Below, piece by piece: positions 17,183-26,365 of a DNA stretch of 36,301 bases (position 1 is the first letter of the stretch; the number at the start of each line of letters is the position of its first letter). This DNA comes from Trueperaceae bacterium. Its GTDB lineage: Bacteria; Deinococcota; Deinococci; Deinococcales; Trueperaceae. The notes under the pieces are model-generated. The model worked only from the letters and a program-made list of their open reading frames with translations. It did no database searches and was not told the DNA's origin. Where the stretch lies: positions 1 through 36,301 of the forward strand of contig DASSXV010000003.1 of NCBI GenBank assembly GCA_035703635.1. The letters run 5' to 3'. The translations under genes were made by a program, and so were the position numbers.

Positions 17183-17511
17183 ACGCAAAGCTCCCCGCCC
17201 CGTTCCGTCTTGCACTGCCTGCTTACCTCGTGCTCCTCATGGTGCTGGCGGTCATGGGCGCGGCCAACCAGGGCCTGATCAACCACCAGGTCGATCTCAT
17301 CGACCAGAAGACCGAACTGAGCGCCACCGTGGCCCGCGCGCGTTTGACGGCCAACGCCATCGTCGGCCCACAGGCGGTAGCCACCTGGGCCCACGCAGCT
17401 GGCCTCGTGCCCGTGCCTGAGGGCGGCCTAGCCGTCCTTGCCGCAGCTGACAGCCCCACCCTGCCACCCCTTCCTGCACCCTCATTGGAGGTCAGTACGA
17501 TATGGCGCTGA
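17179..17511 (+). CDS. ftsL: FtsL-like cell division protein
   Basis: 110 aa, one TM helix plus a coiled-coil-like segment ending PQAVATWAHAAGLVP; lies between rsmH and ftsI with overlaps at both ends. Confidence 0.7.
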   Translation: MNAKLPAPFRLALPAYLVLLMVLAVMGAANQGLINHQVDLIDQKTELSATVARARLTANAIVGPQAVATWAHAAGLVPVPEGGLAVLAAADSPTLPPLPAPSLEVSTIWR

Positions 17512-18989
17512 CGACCCCGACCAACTCAGGCAACGCAAGCTTCAACTACGCGCCTGATGCGCGCCGCCGGGCCGTAGAAGCAGCGCCAGCCACCCCCCGT
17601 GGCGCTACCCGCACAGCGCTGGCCGAACCTGCACCGCTGCGCTTCAAGCGCTCGTGGCTACTCCTTCCTTGCACCGTGTTGCCGCTCGTGGCTGCCGTCA
17701 TCGGCTTCTCGCTGCAACAGCGCGGGTTCACCCACTTGCCGCCCCTGCCTAGCGAGGTCACCGTTCGCGGGCGCGTGCTGGCGAGCGACGGCACGGTGCT
17801 CGCCGAGGGTGCGGCTACCGAGCGGCTCTACCCGCAGGGTGGGCTGGCCGCGCCGCTCCTCGGCTTCACGGGGGCGCTGCAGCCGGACGGCCGTTACGGC
17901 CTCGAAGGCATCGAGTACACGCTCGACAGCACGCTCGCGACTGGCACGGACGTGACGTTAACGATCGACCCGGTGCTGCAGGCCACGACCGAAGCGCAGT
18001 TGGCCGCGGCCGCGACCGAGCATGGCGCTGAGAGCGGCGCCGCTGTCGTGCTCGAGGTCGGAACCGGGCGCGTGCTGGCGTCGGCGAGCTACCCGACCTA
18101 CGACCCCAACGCCTGGCAGTCGGCGAACCGCAATCAGATGCTCAACCGCCCGTTCCAACAGGTGTACGAGCCCGGCTCCGTCATCAAGCCGCTGGTGGTG
18201 GCTGGCCTGCTCGACTCCGGCCTCCTCTCGCCGGACGAGCTGATCGAGGCGCCCATGACACTGCGCGTCGGCACCAAGACGTTCCGCGACGTCGCCAGAC
18301 ACGACCCGGTTCTGCCTGTGCCTGACGTGCTCGCATTCTCGAGCAACTCGGCCATGATCCACCTGGGGGCACGCTTCCAGCCAGCCCAGCTCCACGAGTG
18401 GTTGTGGCGCTTCGGCCTCGGGCAGGACCTGGATCAGTACAGCACCTCGAGCCGCACCGGCATCCTCAACGACTGGGTGAACTGGGTGCCGCAGGACCAG
18501 GCATCCAATAGCATCGGGCAGAACCTGTCGGCGACGCCGGTCCAGCTGGCGGCTGCCTACAGCGTCTTCGCTAACGACGGCGTCTACGTGCCTCCGACGT
18601 TGGTGGCTGGCGAGACGTTGCCGGCGCCGCACCGCGTCATCGCGCCGGAAGTCGCGCAAGGTGTCAGGAGCATGCTCGGACACGTCATGGACACGGGCGG
18701 CCTGCGCCAGGCCCGCATCCCAGGCGTCAACGCCGGTGGCAAGACGGGCACGGCCGACGTCTACGACTCCGCGCTGGGAGCGTATCCGGCGGACGATTAC
18801 GCCCTCACCTTCGCGGGTATGTTCCCCATCGAGAAGCCGGAGGTCGTGGTGGTCGTGATGCTGATGAAGCCGGAGGCCTCGAGCACGAGCACTTACGTGG
18901 TCGCACCCGTCTTCAGGGCCATCGGCAGCGAGGTCGTCGCGCACTGGGGAGTAGCTCCGAAGACCGACGCGCTCGCCACTCGTCCCTAG
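17502..18989 (+). CDS. ftsI: Class B penicillin-binding protein (FtsI/PBP3-like), short
   Basis: TM anchor; RGRVLASDG, RLYPQG, GLEGIE, LTID; SxxK (EPGSVIK), SxN (SSN), KTG (GKTGTA). Confidence 0.88.
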   Translation: MALTTPTNSGNASFNYAPDARRRAVEAAPATPRGATRTALAEPAPLRFKRSWLLLPCTVLPLVAAVIGFSLQQRGFTHLPPLPSEVTVRGRVLASDGTVLAEGAATERLYPQGGLAAPLLGFTGALQPDGRYGLEGIEYTLDSTLATGTDVTLTIDPVLQATTEAQLAAAATEHGAESGAAVVLEVGTGRVLASASYPTYDPNAWQSANRNQMLNRPFQQVYEPGSVIKPLVVAGLLDSGLLSPDELIEAPMTLRVGTKTFRDVARHDPVLPVPDVLAFSSNSAMIHLGARFQPAQLHEWLWRFGLGQDLDQYSTSSRTGILNDWVNWVPQDQASNSIGQNLSATPVQLAAAYSVFANDGVYVPPTLVAGETLPAPHRVIAPEVAQGVRSMLGHVMDTGGLRQARIPGVNAGGKTGTADVYDSALGAYPADDYALTFAGMFPIEKPEVVVVVMLMKPEASSTSTYVVAPVFRAIGSEVVAHWGVAPKTDALATRP

Positions 18990-19024
18990 CGGCGCCACTC
19001 CATGCACATGACAAGCATGATGTG

Positions 19025-19030
19025 TAAGAT
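19025..19030 (+). promoter_or_regulatory. Candidate internal -10 (TAAGAT) upstream of murF
   Basis: AT-richer 65-bp ftsI-murF gap; followed by SD GGAGG (19042-46) and ATG 19055. Confidence 0.55.
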
Positions 19031-19054
19031 AGTCAACGTGTGGAGGATGCTGTC

Positions 19055-20455
19055 ATGACGCTGCTGGCCGTCCGGACGCTCGTGAGGCTGCTCAACACCA
19101 TCGAGCCGACTCAGGACCTGAAAGACGCGACCGGCGTGGCGTACGACAGCCGCAGCGTGCGCCGAGGCGACATCTTCTTCGCCCTACCGGGCGCCAGCGG
19201 CCACGGCATGGTCTACGCGGACGCCGCACTCGAACGGGGCGCCGCGTTCATCGTCTCCGACCGCCCCCACCGCCAAGGCCTCCTCGTGGACGACGCCCGC
19301 GCCGCCCTCCTCGCTCTCGGCCGCGCCGCGCGCGACCGCCTGAGCGTGCCCGTCGTGGCAGTGACTGGCTCGGTCGGCAAGACGAGCACCAAGGCGATGC
19401 TAGCGGCCGCCATGCGGGCCAGATCGACGGCCGGCAACCTCAACACCCACTACGCCATCGCGCAGACCCTGATCGACGCGGCCATGGCCGATACCTCCGC
19501 CCCTGACGGCGCCACCGCACTAGTCATCGAGCTGGGCATAGACCGCATAGGTGAGATGGCGGAGTTACTGGAGCTGACCCGCCCTGACCACGCCCTCCTG
19601 ACCACCATCTCACCAAGCCACCTGAGCGCGCTAGGCGACCTAGCCGGCGTCGCGCGCGAGAAGACCCTACTACTCGATCGCACGAACGGGGTGACGGTCG
19701 CAAGCGCGCAAGCCGCGGCGTACCTCAACCCCGAAACGCTCGCGCGCACCGTCGTCGTTGCCGTTGGCGACGGTGTTACGCCTGAGCCATACCCTGGCGC
19801 GCTCGGCAGCGTGCGCGGCGCTACCGCGGCGCACGGCACCGCCACCAGGCTCACTTGGCGCTCGGACGACGACGGCGGCACCATCGACCTGCCGTGGCCA
19901 GGCAGCGGGATGGCGCAGAACGCCCTCAGCGCCCTGACTTTAGCCACCCTCACGGGCACGCCGGTCCAGGAGGCCGCCGCCGGCCTGGTGAGCGCTCAGC
20001 TCGAGCCGGGCAGACTGGCCTTCAGCCACCTGCCCGGCGTCACGCTCCTCGACGACAGTTACAACTCCAACCCAACATCCTTACGCGAGGCGATCACCGT
20101 CCTCCGCACATCTCCCCCGCCGCACGTCGCGTTCCTCGGCGACATGCGCGAGTTAGGCGCGCTGGAGAGAGACGCTCACCTGCAAGCGGGCGAGTTGACG
20201 ACGCAGCTCGACCTCACCGTCGCCGTCGGCCCAGCTAGCGCGGCGCTGCTCGAGACCAACCCCCAAGCCGTGCACGAGCCAGACGCACGCGCGGCGCTAC
20301 GCCACCTTGGCGCCGTGCCAGTCGGCGCGACGGTGCTCGTCAAGGGTTCACGGTCGATGGGCATGGAACTGCTCGCAACGGAACTGAAGCGCCTAGCCGC
20401 GTTGGGCGCCTGGCAGCCCGACGACGACGCCCCCAAGGAGGGTGCAGCATGCTGA
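19055..20455 (+). CDS. murF: UDP-MurNAc-tripeptide--D-Ala-D-Ala ligase
   Basis: DSR, VTGSVGKTSTK, GNLN, ELG, DDSYNSNP, GDMRELG, LVKGSR. Confidence 0.93.
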   Translation: MTLLAVRTLVRLLNTIEPTQDLKDATGVAYDSRSVRRGDIFFALPGASGHGMVYADAALERGAAFIVSDRPHRQGLLVDDARAALLALGRAARDRLSVPVVAVTGSVGKTSTKAMLAAAMRARSTAGNLNTHYAIAQTLIDAAMADTSAPDGATALVIELGIDRIGEMAELLELTRPDHALLTTISPSHLSALGDLAGVAREKTLLLDRTNGVTVASAQAAAYLNPETLARTVVVAVGDGVTPEPYPGALGSVRGATAAHGTATRLTWRSDDDGGTIDLPWPGSGMAQNALSALTLATLTGTPVQEAAAGLVSAQLEPGRLAFSHLPGVTLLDDSYNSNPTSLREAITVLRTSPPPHVAFLGDMRELGALERDAHLQAGELTTQLDLTVAVGPASAALLETNPQAVHEPDARAALRHLGAVPVGATVLVKGSRSMGMELLATELKRLAALGAWQPDDDAPKEGAAC

Positions 20456-21369
20456 CCCTGGTAGTCGCCGCCCTCATCAGCCTCGTCCTCACCGGCACGT
20501 TCGTGCAGATCGCCAAGCGCGCTGGTTGGGGCAAGGTCATCCGCGCACAGGGGCCAGAGAGTCACCTCACCAAGGCGGGCACGCCAACCATGGGCGGCGT
20601 GGCGTTCCTCCTCGCGGCGCTGATAGCGTGGGCCGCGCTAGGTGGCGCGCCGTTGGGCCCAGAACTAGCGCTCGCGCTGCTCGTCGCCGGCTCCGCGCTG
20701 CTCGGGCTGTACGACGACTCCCTGTCACTCGCGCGCAAACGCCGCAAGGCTGAGGGCCTCGAGGAGGTCCAGGCCGGCCTCGGCGCCCGCTACCGCCTGC
20801 TGGTGCAAGGCGCGCTCGCGCTGGCGTTCGCGTGGTGGGCGGTCAGCACGGGGTCAAGCCTCTTCGGCACCGCGTGGCTAGACGTGCCGGCGTTCGCGTT
20901 CGTGATCGTCGGGTCCATCAACGCCTTCAACCTCACCGACGGCCTCGACGGCCTCGCTGCGGGCGTGACCGTCATCGTGCTCCTCTTCTTCATCGGCTCG
21001 CCGTTCGCCGCCGCGCTCCTCGGGGCGCTGCTCGGTTTCCTCTGGTACAACGGCCACCCCGCGCGCGTCATCATGGGCGGCGTCGGCTCGGAAGCGCTCG
21101 GCGCCGCGGTGGCTGGCCTCGCCATCCTGGGCGGCACCGTCTGGTACCTGCCGCTCGTCGCCCTCATCCCCGTTCTCGAGGTCCTCTCCGTGGTGGCGCA
21201 AGTGACGTACTTCCGCCTCACGGGCGGCAAACGCCTCCTGCGCATGAGCCCGCTGCACCACCACTTCGAACTGAGCGGTTGGAGTGAAACGCGCGTAACC
21301 ATGCGCTTCTACATCGTCACCGCGCTATGCGTGGCCTACGCCACCCTCCTGCGGCAAGGAGCGGCATGA
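20449..21369 (+). CDS. mraY: Phospho-N-acetylmuramoyl-pentapeptide transferase (atypical active site)
   Basis: KAGTPTMGG, GLYDD, NAFNLTDGLDG, LEVLSVVAQV, MSPLHHHFELSGWSE; multiple TM helices; dcw position. Confidence 0.95.
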   Translation: MLTLVVAALISLVLTGTFVQIAKRAGWGKVIRAQGPESHLTKAGTPTMGGVAFLLAALIAWAALGGAPLGPELALALLVAGSALLGLYDDSLSLARKRRKAEGLEEVQAGLGARYRLLVQGALALAFAWWAVSTGSSLFGTAWLDVPAFAFVIVGSINAFNLTDGLDGLAAGVTVIVLLFFIGSPFAAALLGALLGFLWYNGHPARVIMGGVGSEALGAAVAGLAILGGTVWYLPLVALIPVLEVLSVVAQVTYFRLTGGKRLLRMSPLHHHFELSGWSETRVTMRFYIVTALCVAYATLLRQGAA

Positions 21370-22727
21370 AACAGCGGCCAGCCGAAACGCTCGTCTACGG
21401 CCTAGGTCGCTCCGGGCTGGCCGCGCTGACGCTCCTGCACGACCAGGGCCACACGACGGCGTTCTACGAACAGCGCCAAGCCGGCGCTGACATCGACGCA
21501 GCGCTAGCGCTCGGCGCGCGCCGGGTAGCGGACCCAGCCACCGAGAGTTTCGCGCTCGCCATCGCGGCACCGGGCGTCCCTATCGACCACCACGACCTGG
21601 TGGCGCTGCGGGCAACGGGCACGGAGGTCATCGGCGAGGTCGAGTGGGTATGGCGCACCACGCCAGGGGTCTACATCGGCATCAGCGGAACCGCCGGTAA
21701 AGGCAGCGTCACGCGCTGGACGGCAGACACGCTCGCGGCCGCGGGCTTCGACGCCGTCGCAGGCGGCAACATCGTCCCCGCACTTGCCGCCGTGGCTCGA
21801 CCCGGCGCCGTTCACGTCGTCGAGTTGTCGTCCTTCCAGCTCGAGCGCTGCCCCACCTTCCGGCCTGACGTCGCCGTACTCCTGAACTTGGGCGAGGACC
21901 ACATCGACCGCCACGGCAGCGTCGCCGCATACCATGCGGCGAAGCACAACCTCATCGCCAACCTCGACTCGTCAAGCACCCTCGTCCTCAACGACGACGA
22001 CCCGGTCCTACGGGTGTGGGCCGACGAGGCCGCAGCTAGCGGCGTGACAGTGCGGCGCTTCTCGCTGAAGCACGCGGCGGACGCCTACCGCAACCTTGGC
22101 GGACGCATCGTAATGGACGGCGAACCCATACTGCTGGCGGACGAACTCCACGTTCTAGGCGATCACCAGGTCGCCAACGCCCTCGCGGTCGCCTTGGCGT
22201 GCGCGGCCGTCGGCGCAGGGCCGAGCGCCATAACGAGCGGCCTGCGCGCCTTCACCGGCCTGCCTGGGCGCTACTCGCCGGCAGGTCACATCGGCGAGGT
22301 GCGCTTCTTGGAGGACTCCATCGCCACGCGCCCGCTTGCCGTCGCCGCCGCCATCACCGCCACCCCGACGCCGCTCGTGTGGCTGGCTGGGGGCCAGGGC
22401 AAGGGCTCCGACGTGAGCGCGTTACGCGACCTGGTGGCGGCCAAAGTCGATCTACTCGTGGCGTTCGGCGCCAGCGCGGCAGAGTTCGAGACCGCGTTCG
22501 GCGACCTGGTGGCTACTGCCCTAGTTGCGGAGCCTGACGGCCGCGCCACCATGCGACGCGCCGTCGGCATCGCCGTACAGCACCTCGCCGAGAGCCATGG
22601 CGGCGTAGGCAACGTCCTCCTCGCCCCGTTGGCCGCCTCGTTCGACCAGTTCATCGACTACGCGGACCGCGCGGCCGCCTACCGCGAGGCCATCGCCGCC
22701 TTCCAAACGCTTGAGCGCAGCTCATGA
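21366..22727 (+). CDS. murD: UDP-MurNAc-L-Ala--D-Glu ligase
   Basis: GLGRSG, APGVP, GTAGK, VELSSFQL, EDHIDRH, ASFDQF; ATG 21366 overlaps the mraY stop. Confidence 0.94.
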   Translation: MKQRPAETLVYGLGRSGLAALTLLHDQGHTTAFYEQRQAGADIDAALALGARRVADPATESFALAIAAPGVPIDHHDLVALRATGTEVIGEVEWVWRTTPGVYIGISGTAGKGSVTRWTADTLAAAGFDAVAGGNIVPALAAVARPGAVHVVELSSFQLERCPTFRPDVAVLLNLGEDHIDRHGSVAAYHAAKHNLIANLDSSSTLVLNDDDPVLRVWADEAAASGVTVRRFSLKHAADAYRNLGGRIVMDGEPILLADELHVLGDHQVANALAVALACAAVGAGPSAITSGLRAFTGLPGRYSPAGHIGEVRFLEDSIATRPLAVAAAITATPTPLVWLAGGQGKGSDVSALRDLVAAKVDLLVAFGASAAEFETAFGDLVATALVAEPDGRATMRRAVGIAVQHLAESHGGVGNVLLAPLAASFDQFIDYADRAAAYREAIAAFQTLERSS

Positions 22728-23836
22728 GCGACCGCCTGCTCCTCAGCATCCAAGTGACCCTCGGGATGCTCGGCATCGTTGGGGTGGCGGCGGCCATGCC
22801 AGGGTTGGCCGGCGAGCAGGCGCTGCGCCTCGCGTTCACGCTTGGCATTACGTTCGTCGTCGGGCGCTTGCAGGCCAAGCACATCGTCAAGCTCTCGCCT
22901 TACGCGTTCGTCGCGCTGCTCCTCGCGCTCCTGCTCGTGCTGTTCATCGGCGTATCGCCCTCGGGCAGCGACAGCAAGCGCTGGCTGCTCGTCGGCGGGG
23001 TCAGCGTGCAGCCGTCCGAACTCATGAAGGTCGCCGTCATCGCCTACCTCGCGACGTTCTTCTACAATCACAACGGCAACTGGGAGATCTGGCGCCCCAT
23101 GCTCGTCATCGGCCTGACCGCTGGCCTCATCGTCGTCGAGCCGGACGTCAGCACGGCAGGCTTCGTGTTCATCCTCGCCGTCGCCATCATGATCGCGGCC
23201 GGAGCCACCATGGGGCGCGTGCTGGCCATCATGTTCACGGCCGCGGCAACTGCTGCGCTATTGGCGGGGACGGTGCTCAGCCAGTTCTCGTACATCGGCG
23301 AGCGCATGGTCGGCTACTTCGACCGCTGGGGGTCCCAGTCGCAGGCCGCCGACCTTTCGTACCAGGCTCTGCGCGCCCTAGATGCCATCGGTCGCGGTGG
23401 CGTCCTCGGCGTCGGCCCTGGCCGCCGCGTGCCAGTGCCCGAGGCGGAGACCGACTTCGTCGCGGTGTCGCTCGCGCACTCGCTCGGTTTCATCGGGGTG
23501 CTCACCGTCATCGTGCTTTACGGGCTACTCGCGTGGCACGGTTACAGCATCGCTAGGCGCGTCGTCGGGCCAGCCGCCCTTCTCGCCGCTGGCGCCACGG
23601 CCTACATCTGCGGTCAAGCTGGCCTCAACCTCCTCGTGGCGTCCGGCATGTTCCCCGTAACTGGCATGCCCCTGCCGGGCATCAGCTATGGCCTGAACTC
23701 GCAGCTCTCCGTGGCCGTGGCGTTCGGTTTCCTGCAACTAGCCAGTCGCCAAGTGCAACGCGCGGAGGCCGAGGCGCCGGAGCCGCGCGGCGCGGCGGCA
23801 GCCGCCCCCGTTCAGCCAGCGGCGCGGCGCGCATGA
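22724..23836 (+). CDS. ftsW: SEDS peptidoglycan glycosyltransferase FtsW
   Basis: KRWL, VQPSELMK, EPD, YQ, PEAETDF, FPVTGMPLPGISYG. Confidence 0.92.
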   Translation: MSDRLLLSIQVTLGMLGIVGVAAAMPGLAGEQALRLAFTLGITFVVGRLQAKHIVKLSPYAFVALLLALLLVLFIGVSPSGSDSKRWLLVGGVSVQPSELMKVAVIAYLATFFYNHNGNWEIWRPMLVIGLTAGLIVVEPDVSTAGFVFILAVAIMIAAGATMGRVLAIMFTAAATAALLAGTVLSQFSYIGERMVGYFDRWGSQSQAADLSYQALRALDAIGRGGVLGVGPGRRVPVPEAETDFVAVSLAHSLGFIGVLTVIVLYGLLAWHGYSIARRVVGPAALLAAGATAYICGQAGLNLLVASGMFPVTGMPLPGISYGLNSQLSVAVAFGFLQLASRQVQRAEAEAPEPRGAAAAAPVQPAARRA

Positions 23837-24909
23837 GCGGCCTAACGCAGCTGCTGCTCGCCACGGGTGGCACTGGCGGGCACATCTACCCCGCCCTCGC
23901 TGTTGCGCGTGAGGCACGTAAGCGTGGCATCGAGGTCGCCGTGATGGGTGGCAGCGGCGGCATGGAGGAGCGCCTCGCTCAGGAGGAGGGCCTGGCGTTC
24001 TTCGGGGTCAGCACCGGCAAGTGGGACAGGCAGCGCCCCGACCCACGCCAGGCGCTCGCCGCCGCCAAGGGACTGGTGGACGCGCGCCGCCTGGCACGCT
24101 CCTTCGACCCGCAGTTGGTCATCGGCTTCGGCGGCTTCGCATCGCTACCCGGTTGCGCCGCCGCCCGCAGCCTGAGTATCCCTCTCGTGCTGCACGAAGG
24201 CAACGCCTTTCCAAGCCGCGTGAACCGCTGGTTCGCTAGCAGCGCGCGGCTGTTCGTATCCGCCCAGGAGGAGGCCCTGCGGCACGTCAAGGCGCGCGCG
24301 ACGCTGGTCGTGCCGTTCCCCGTGCGCGAGGAGCGGCTCGCGCGCGCCGCCGCCCGCGACCTCCTCGGGTTGCCTCACGACGCCATCGTCACGCTCGTGA
24401 TGGGCGGCTCGCAGGGGTCGCTCGCCCTCAACAGGGCCGTGCCAGACGCGTACGAGCGGTTGGCGCCGCCAAAGGAACTAGGTGCGCAGCACGTGGTGCT
24501 TCACTCAACGGGGCCGCGCTGGTTCGAGGAGGTCGCGGCGCGCGTGAGCGGCCCGAATTATCAGCCAAGGCCTTATCTCGACGCAACGGCCGCGTGGTCA
24601 GCCGCCGACCTCGCCATCACGCGCGCGGGCGTCGGCACTCTCTCAGAGGCCGCCTTCCACGGCGTGCCGTCGATCATGGTGCCGCTGCCAACGTCGGCTG
24701 ACGACCACCAGCGGCACAACGCCCGCGCGGTCGAGGCCGCCGGAGCCGGGGTCATGGTCGAAGAACGCGACGTCGCCCGCCTGCCAGCCGCCTGGACAGC
24801 GGCGCTCGACCCGGCCTGGCGCACTGCGGCCGCCGCGGCCGCAGTGCGCCGCACGCCAGCTGGGGCGGCGCGTCGTATCGTTGACGCCGTGTTGGAGTTG
24901 GTGAACTGA
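23833..24909 (+). CDS. murG: Lipid I GlcNAc transferase
   Basis: GGTGGHIYP, GFGGFAS, HEGN, GGSQG, RAG, HQRHNA. Confidence 0.96.
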   Translation: MSGLTQLLLATGGTGGHIYPALAVAREARKRGIEVAVMGGSGGMEERLAQEEGLAFFGVSTGKWDRQRPDPRQALAAAKGLVDARRLARSFDPQLVIGFGGFASLPGCAAARSLSIPLVLHEGNAFPSRVNRWFASSARLFVSAQEEALRHVKARATLVVPFPVREERLARAAARDLLGLPHDAIVTLVMGGSQGSLALNRAVPDAYERLAPPKELGAQHVVLHSTGPRWFEEVAARVSGPNYQPRPYLDATAAWSAADLAITRAGVGTLSEAAFHGVPSIMVPLPTSADDHQRHNARAVEAAGAGVMVEERDVARLPAAWTAALDPAWRTAAAAAAVRRTPAGAARRIVDAVLELVN

Positions 24910-24913
24910 AGTT

Positions 24914-26365
24914 ATGAACCCACTTACGTCGAACGAAGCGCAAGAGCAGAGCCGCACGCTCAGCGGCCTGCCTGGCGCGCATATCCACTTCATGGGCATC
25001 GGCGGCGTGAGCATGGCCGCATTGGCCCGCTGGTGCCGCGCTGAAGGCTTCGAGGTCAGCGGCTGCGACCTCGTCGGCGGTTCCGTACTGGACGAGCTAG
25101 CCGGCCACGGCATCAGCACTTGCACCGGCCACGACGCCAGCCACGTAGCCGGCATCGACGTCCTCGTCCACAGCATGGCCGTACCCCACGACCACCCTGA
25201 ACTCGTGGCCGCTCGTGCGTCCGGCGTTCTGGTGCTGCGCCGCATCGCTCTCCTCGGTGAGCTGTTCTCGCGCCGCAGGGCCATCGCCGTGACGGGCACG
25301 CACGGCAAGAGCACCACGACCGCCATGCTCGCGACCATCCTCCTCGACCTCGAGCCGGGCACCTCCGTGCAGCTCGGCGCCTCGCTCCCGATCATCGGCG
25401 GCAGCATGCGCTACGGGCCGGGCACCTGGTTAGCGGCGGAAGTCGACGAGTCAGACCCAGGTTTCGCCGACCTCGTCGCGGACGTTGCCGTCGTGACGAA
25501 CCTCGACGATGATCACGTTGCCGGTGAGTACGACGAGCGCCGTAACTACCACGCCTCCTTCGAGGACCTGCAGGCGGCAGCCAGGCGCTACGCGCTAGCA
25601 GCCAAGGCGCTCGTCTTCTGCCATGACTGGCCTCGGCTCTCCGAGGTCGTGACGGGCCACGCGAACGCCCGCTCATACGGCATGGATGAAGGTGCGGACT
25701 ACCGCATCACGGACTTGAAGCTGAGCCCAGGCGGCAGCGCCTTCACCCTCTCGTGCCCAGCGCTCGAGCCGTTCGAGGTCGTCATGAGCGTTCCAGGCAA
25801 GCACAACGCCTTGAACGCTGCCGCCGCCATCGCTGCCGTTCACTCCGCCGGCCTAGACCCGCGCCCTGCGATGCCTGCGCTAGCGGCGTTCCATGGCGTT
25901 GGCAGGCGCTGGCAGTCCTACGGCGAGCTGAACGGCGCCATGATCATCGACGACTACGCCCACCACCCGACCGAGGTCGCCGCCACCTTGCAAGCGGCCC
26001 GCGCAACCGGCAGGCGCGTGCGCGCCGTGCTTCAGCCACATCGCTGGGTGCGCACGGCCAGGCAGTGGCCTGCCCTAGCGGCAGCGGCGGCCCTCGCAGA
26101 CGAGGTAGTCGTGCTGGCCGTGTACGGCGCAGGTGAGCGGCCCATCGCTGGCGTGTCGCCGGAACTCATCGCCGAGCGCATCAACACCCTCGGCGTTAAC
26201 GCCGCCGTGTTCGAGCTCGGCAACGTCGAGGAGTACCTCGCCGCCACGGCCGTTCCTGGCGACCTCATCATCACCCTCGGCGCTGGCGACGTGTGGCGGG
26301 TAGCGGCCGGGCTTGGCGCCAGAGCAGCGGCGGGCGCAGGCGCTGGCGCGGGTGCCAGAGGCTAA
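24914..26365 (+). CDS. murC: UDP-MurNAc--L-Ala ligase
   Basis: HFMGIGGVSM, GTHGKSTTT, EVDESD, GVGRR, DDYAHHPTE, QPHR, TLGAGD. Confidence 0.96.
   Translation: MNPLTSNEAQEQSRTLSGLPGAHIHFMGIGGVSMAALARWCRAEGFEVSGCDLVGGSVLDELAGHGISTCTGHDASHVAGIDVLVHSMAVPHDHPELVAARASGVLVLRRIALLGELFSRRRAIAVTGTHGKSTTTAMLATILLDLEPGTSVQLGASLPIIGGSMRYGPGTWLAAEVDESDPGFADLVADVAVVTNLDDDHVAGEYDERRNYHASFEDLQAAARRYALAAKALVFCHDWPRLSEVVTGHANARSYGMDEGADYRITDLKLSPGGSAFTLSCPALEPFEVVMSVPGKHNALNAAAAIAAVHSAGLDPRPAMPALAAFHGVGRRWQSYGELNGAMIIDDYAHHPTEVAATLQAARATGRRVRAVLQPHRWVRTARQWPALAAAAALADEVVVLAVYGAGERPIAGVSPELIAERINTLGVNAAVFELGNVEEYLAATAVPGDLIITLGAGDVWRVAAGLGARAAAGAGAGAGARG

Noticed and set aside
26310..26365. Ala-Gly repeat tail of MurC (GCNGGC-like hexamers)
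   Set aside because: Imperfect low-complexity tail at the murB junction; not a phase-variable tract
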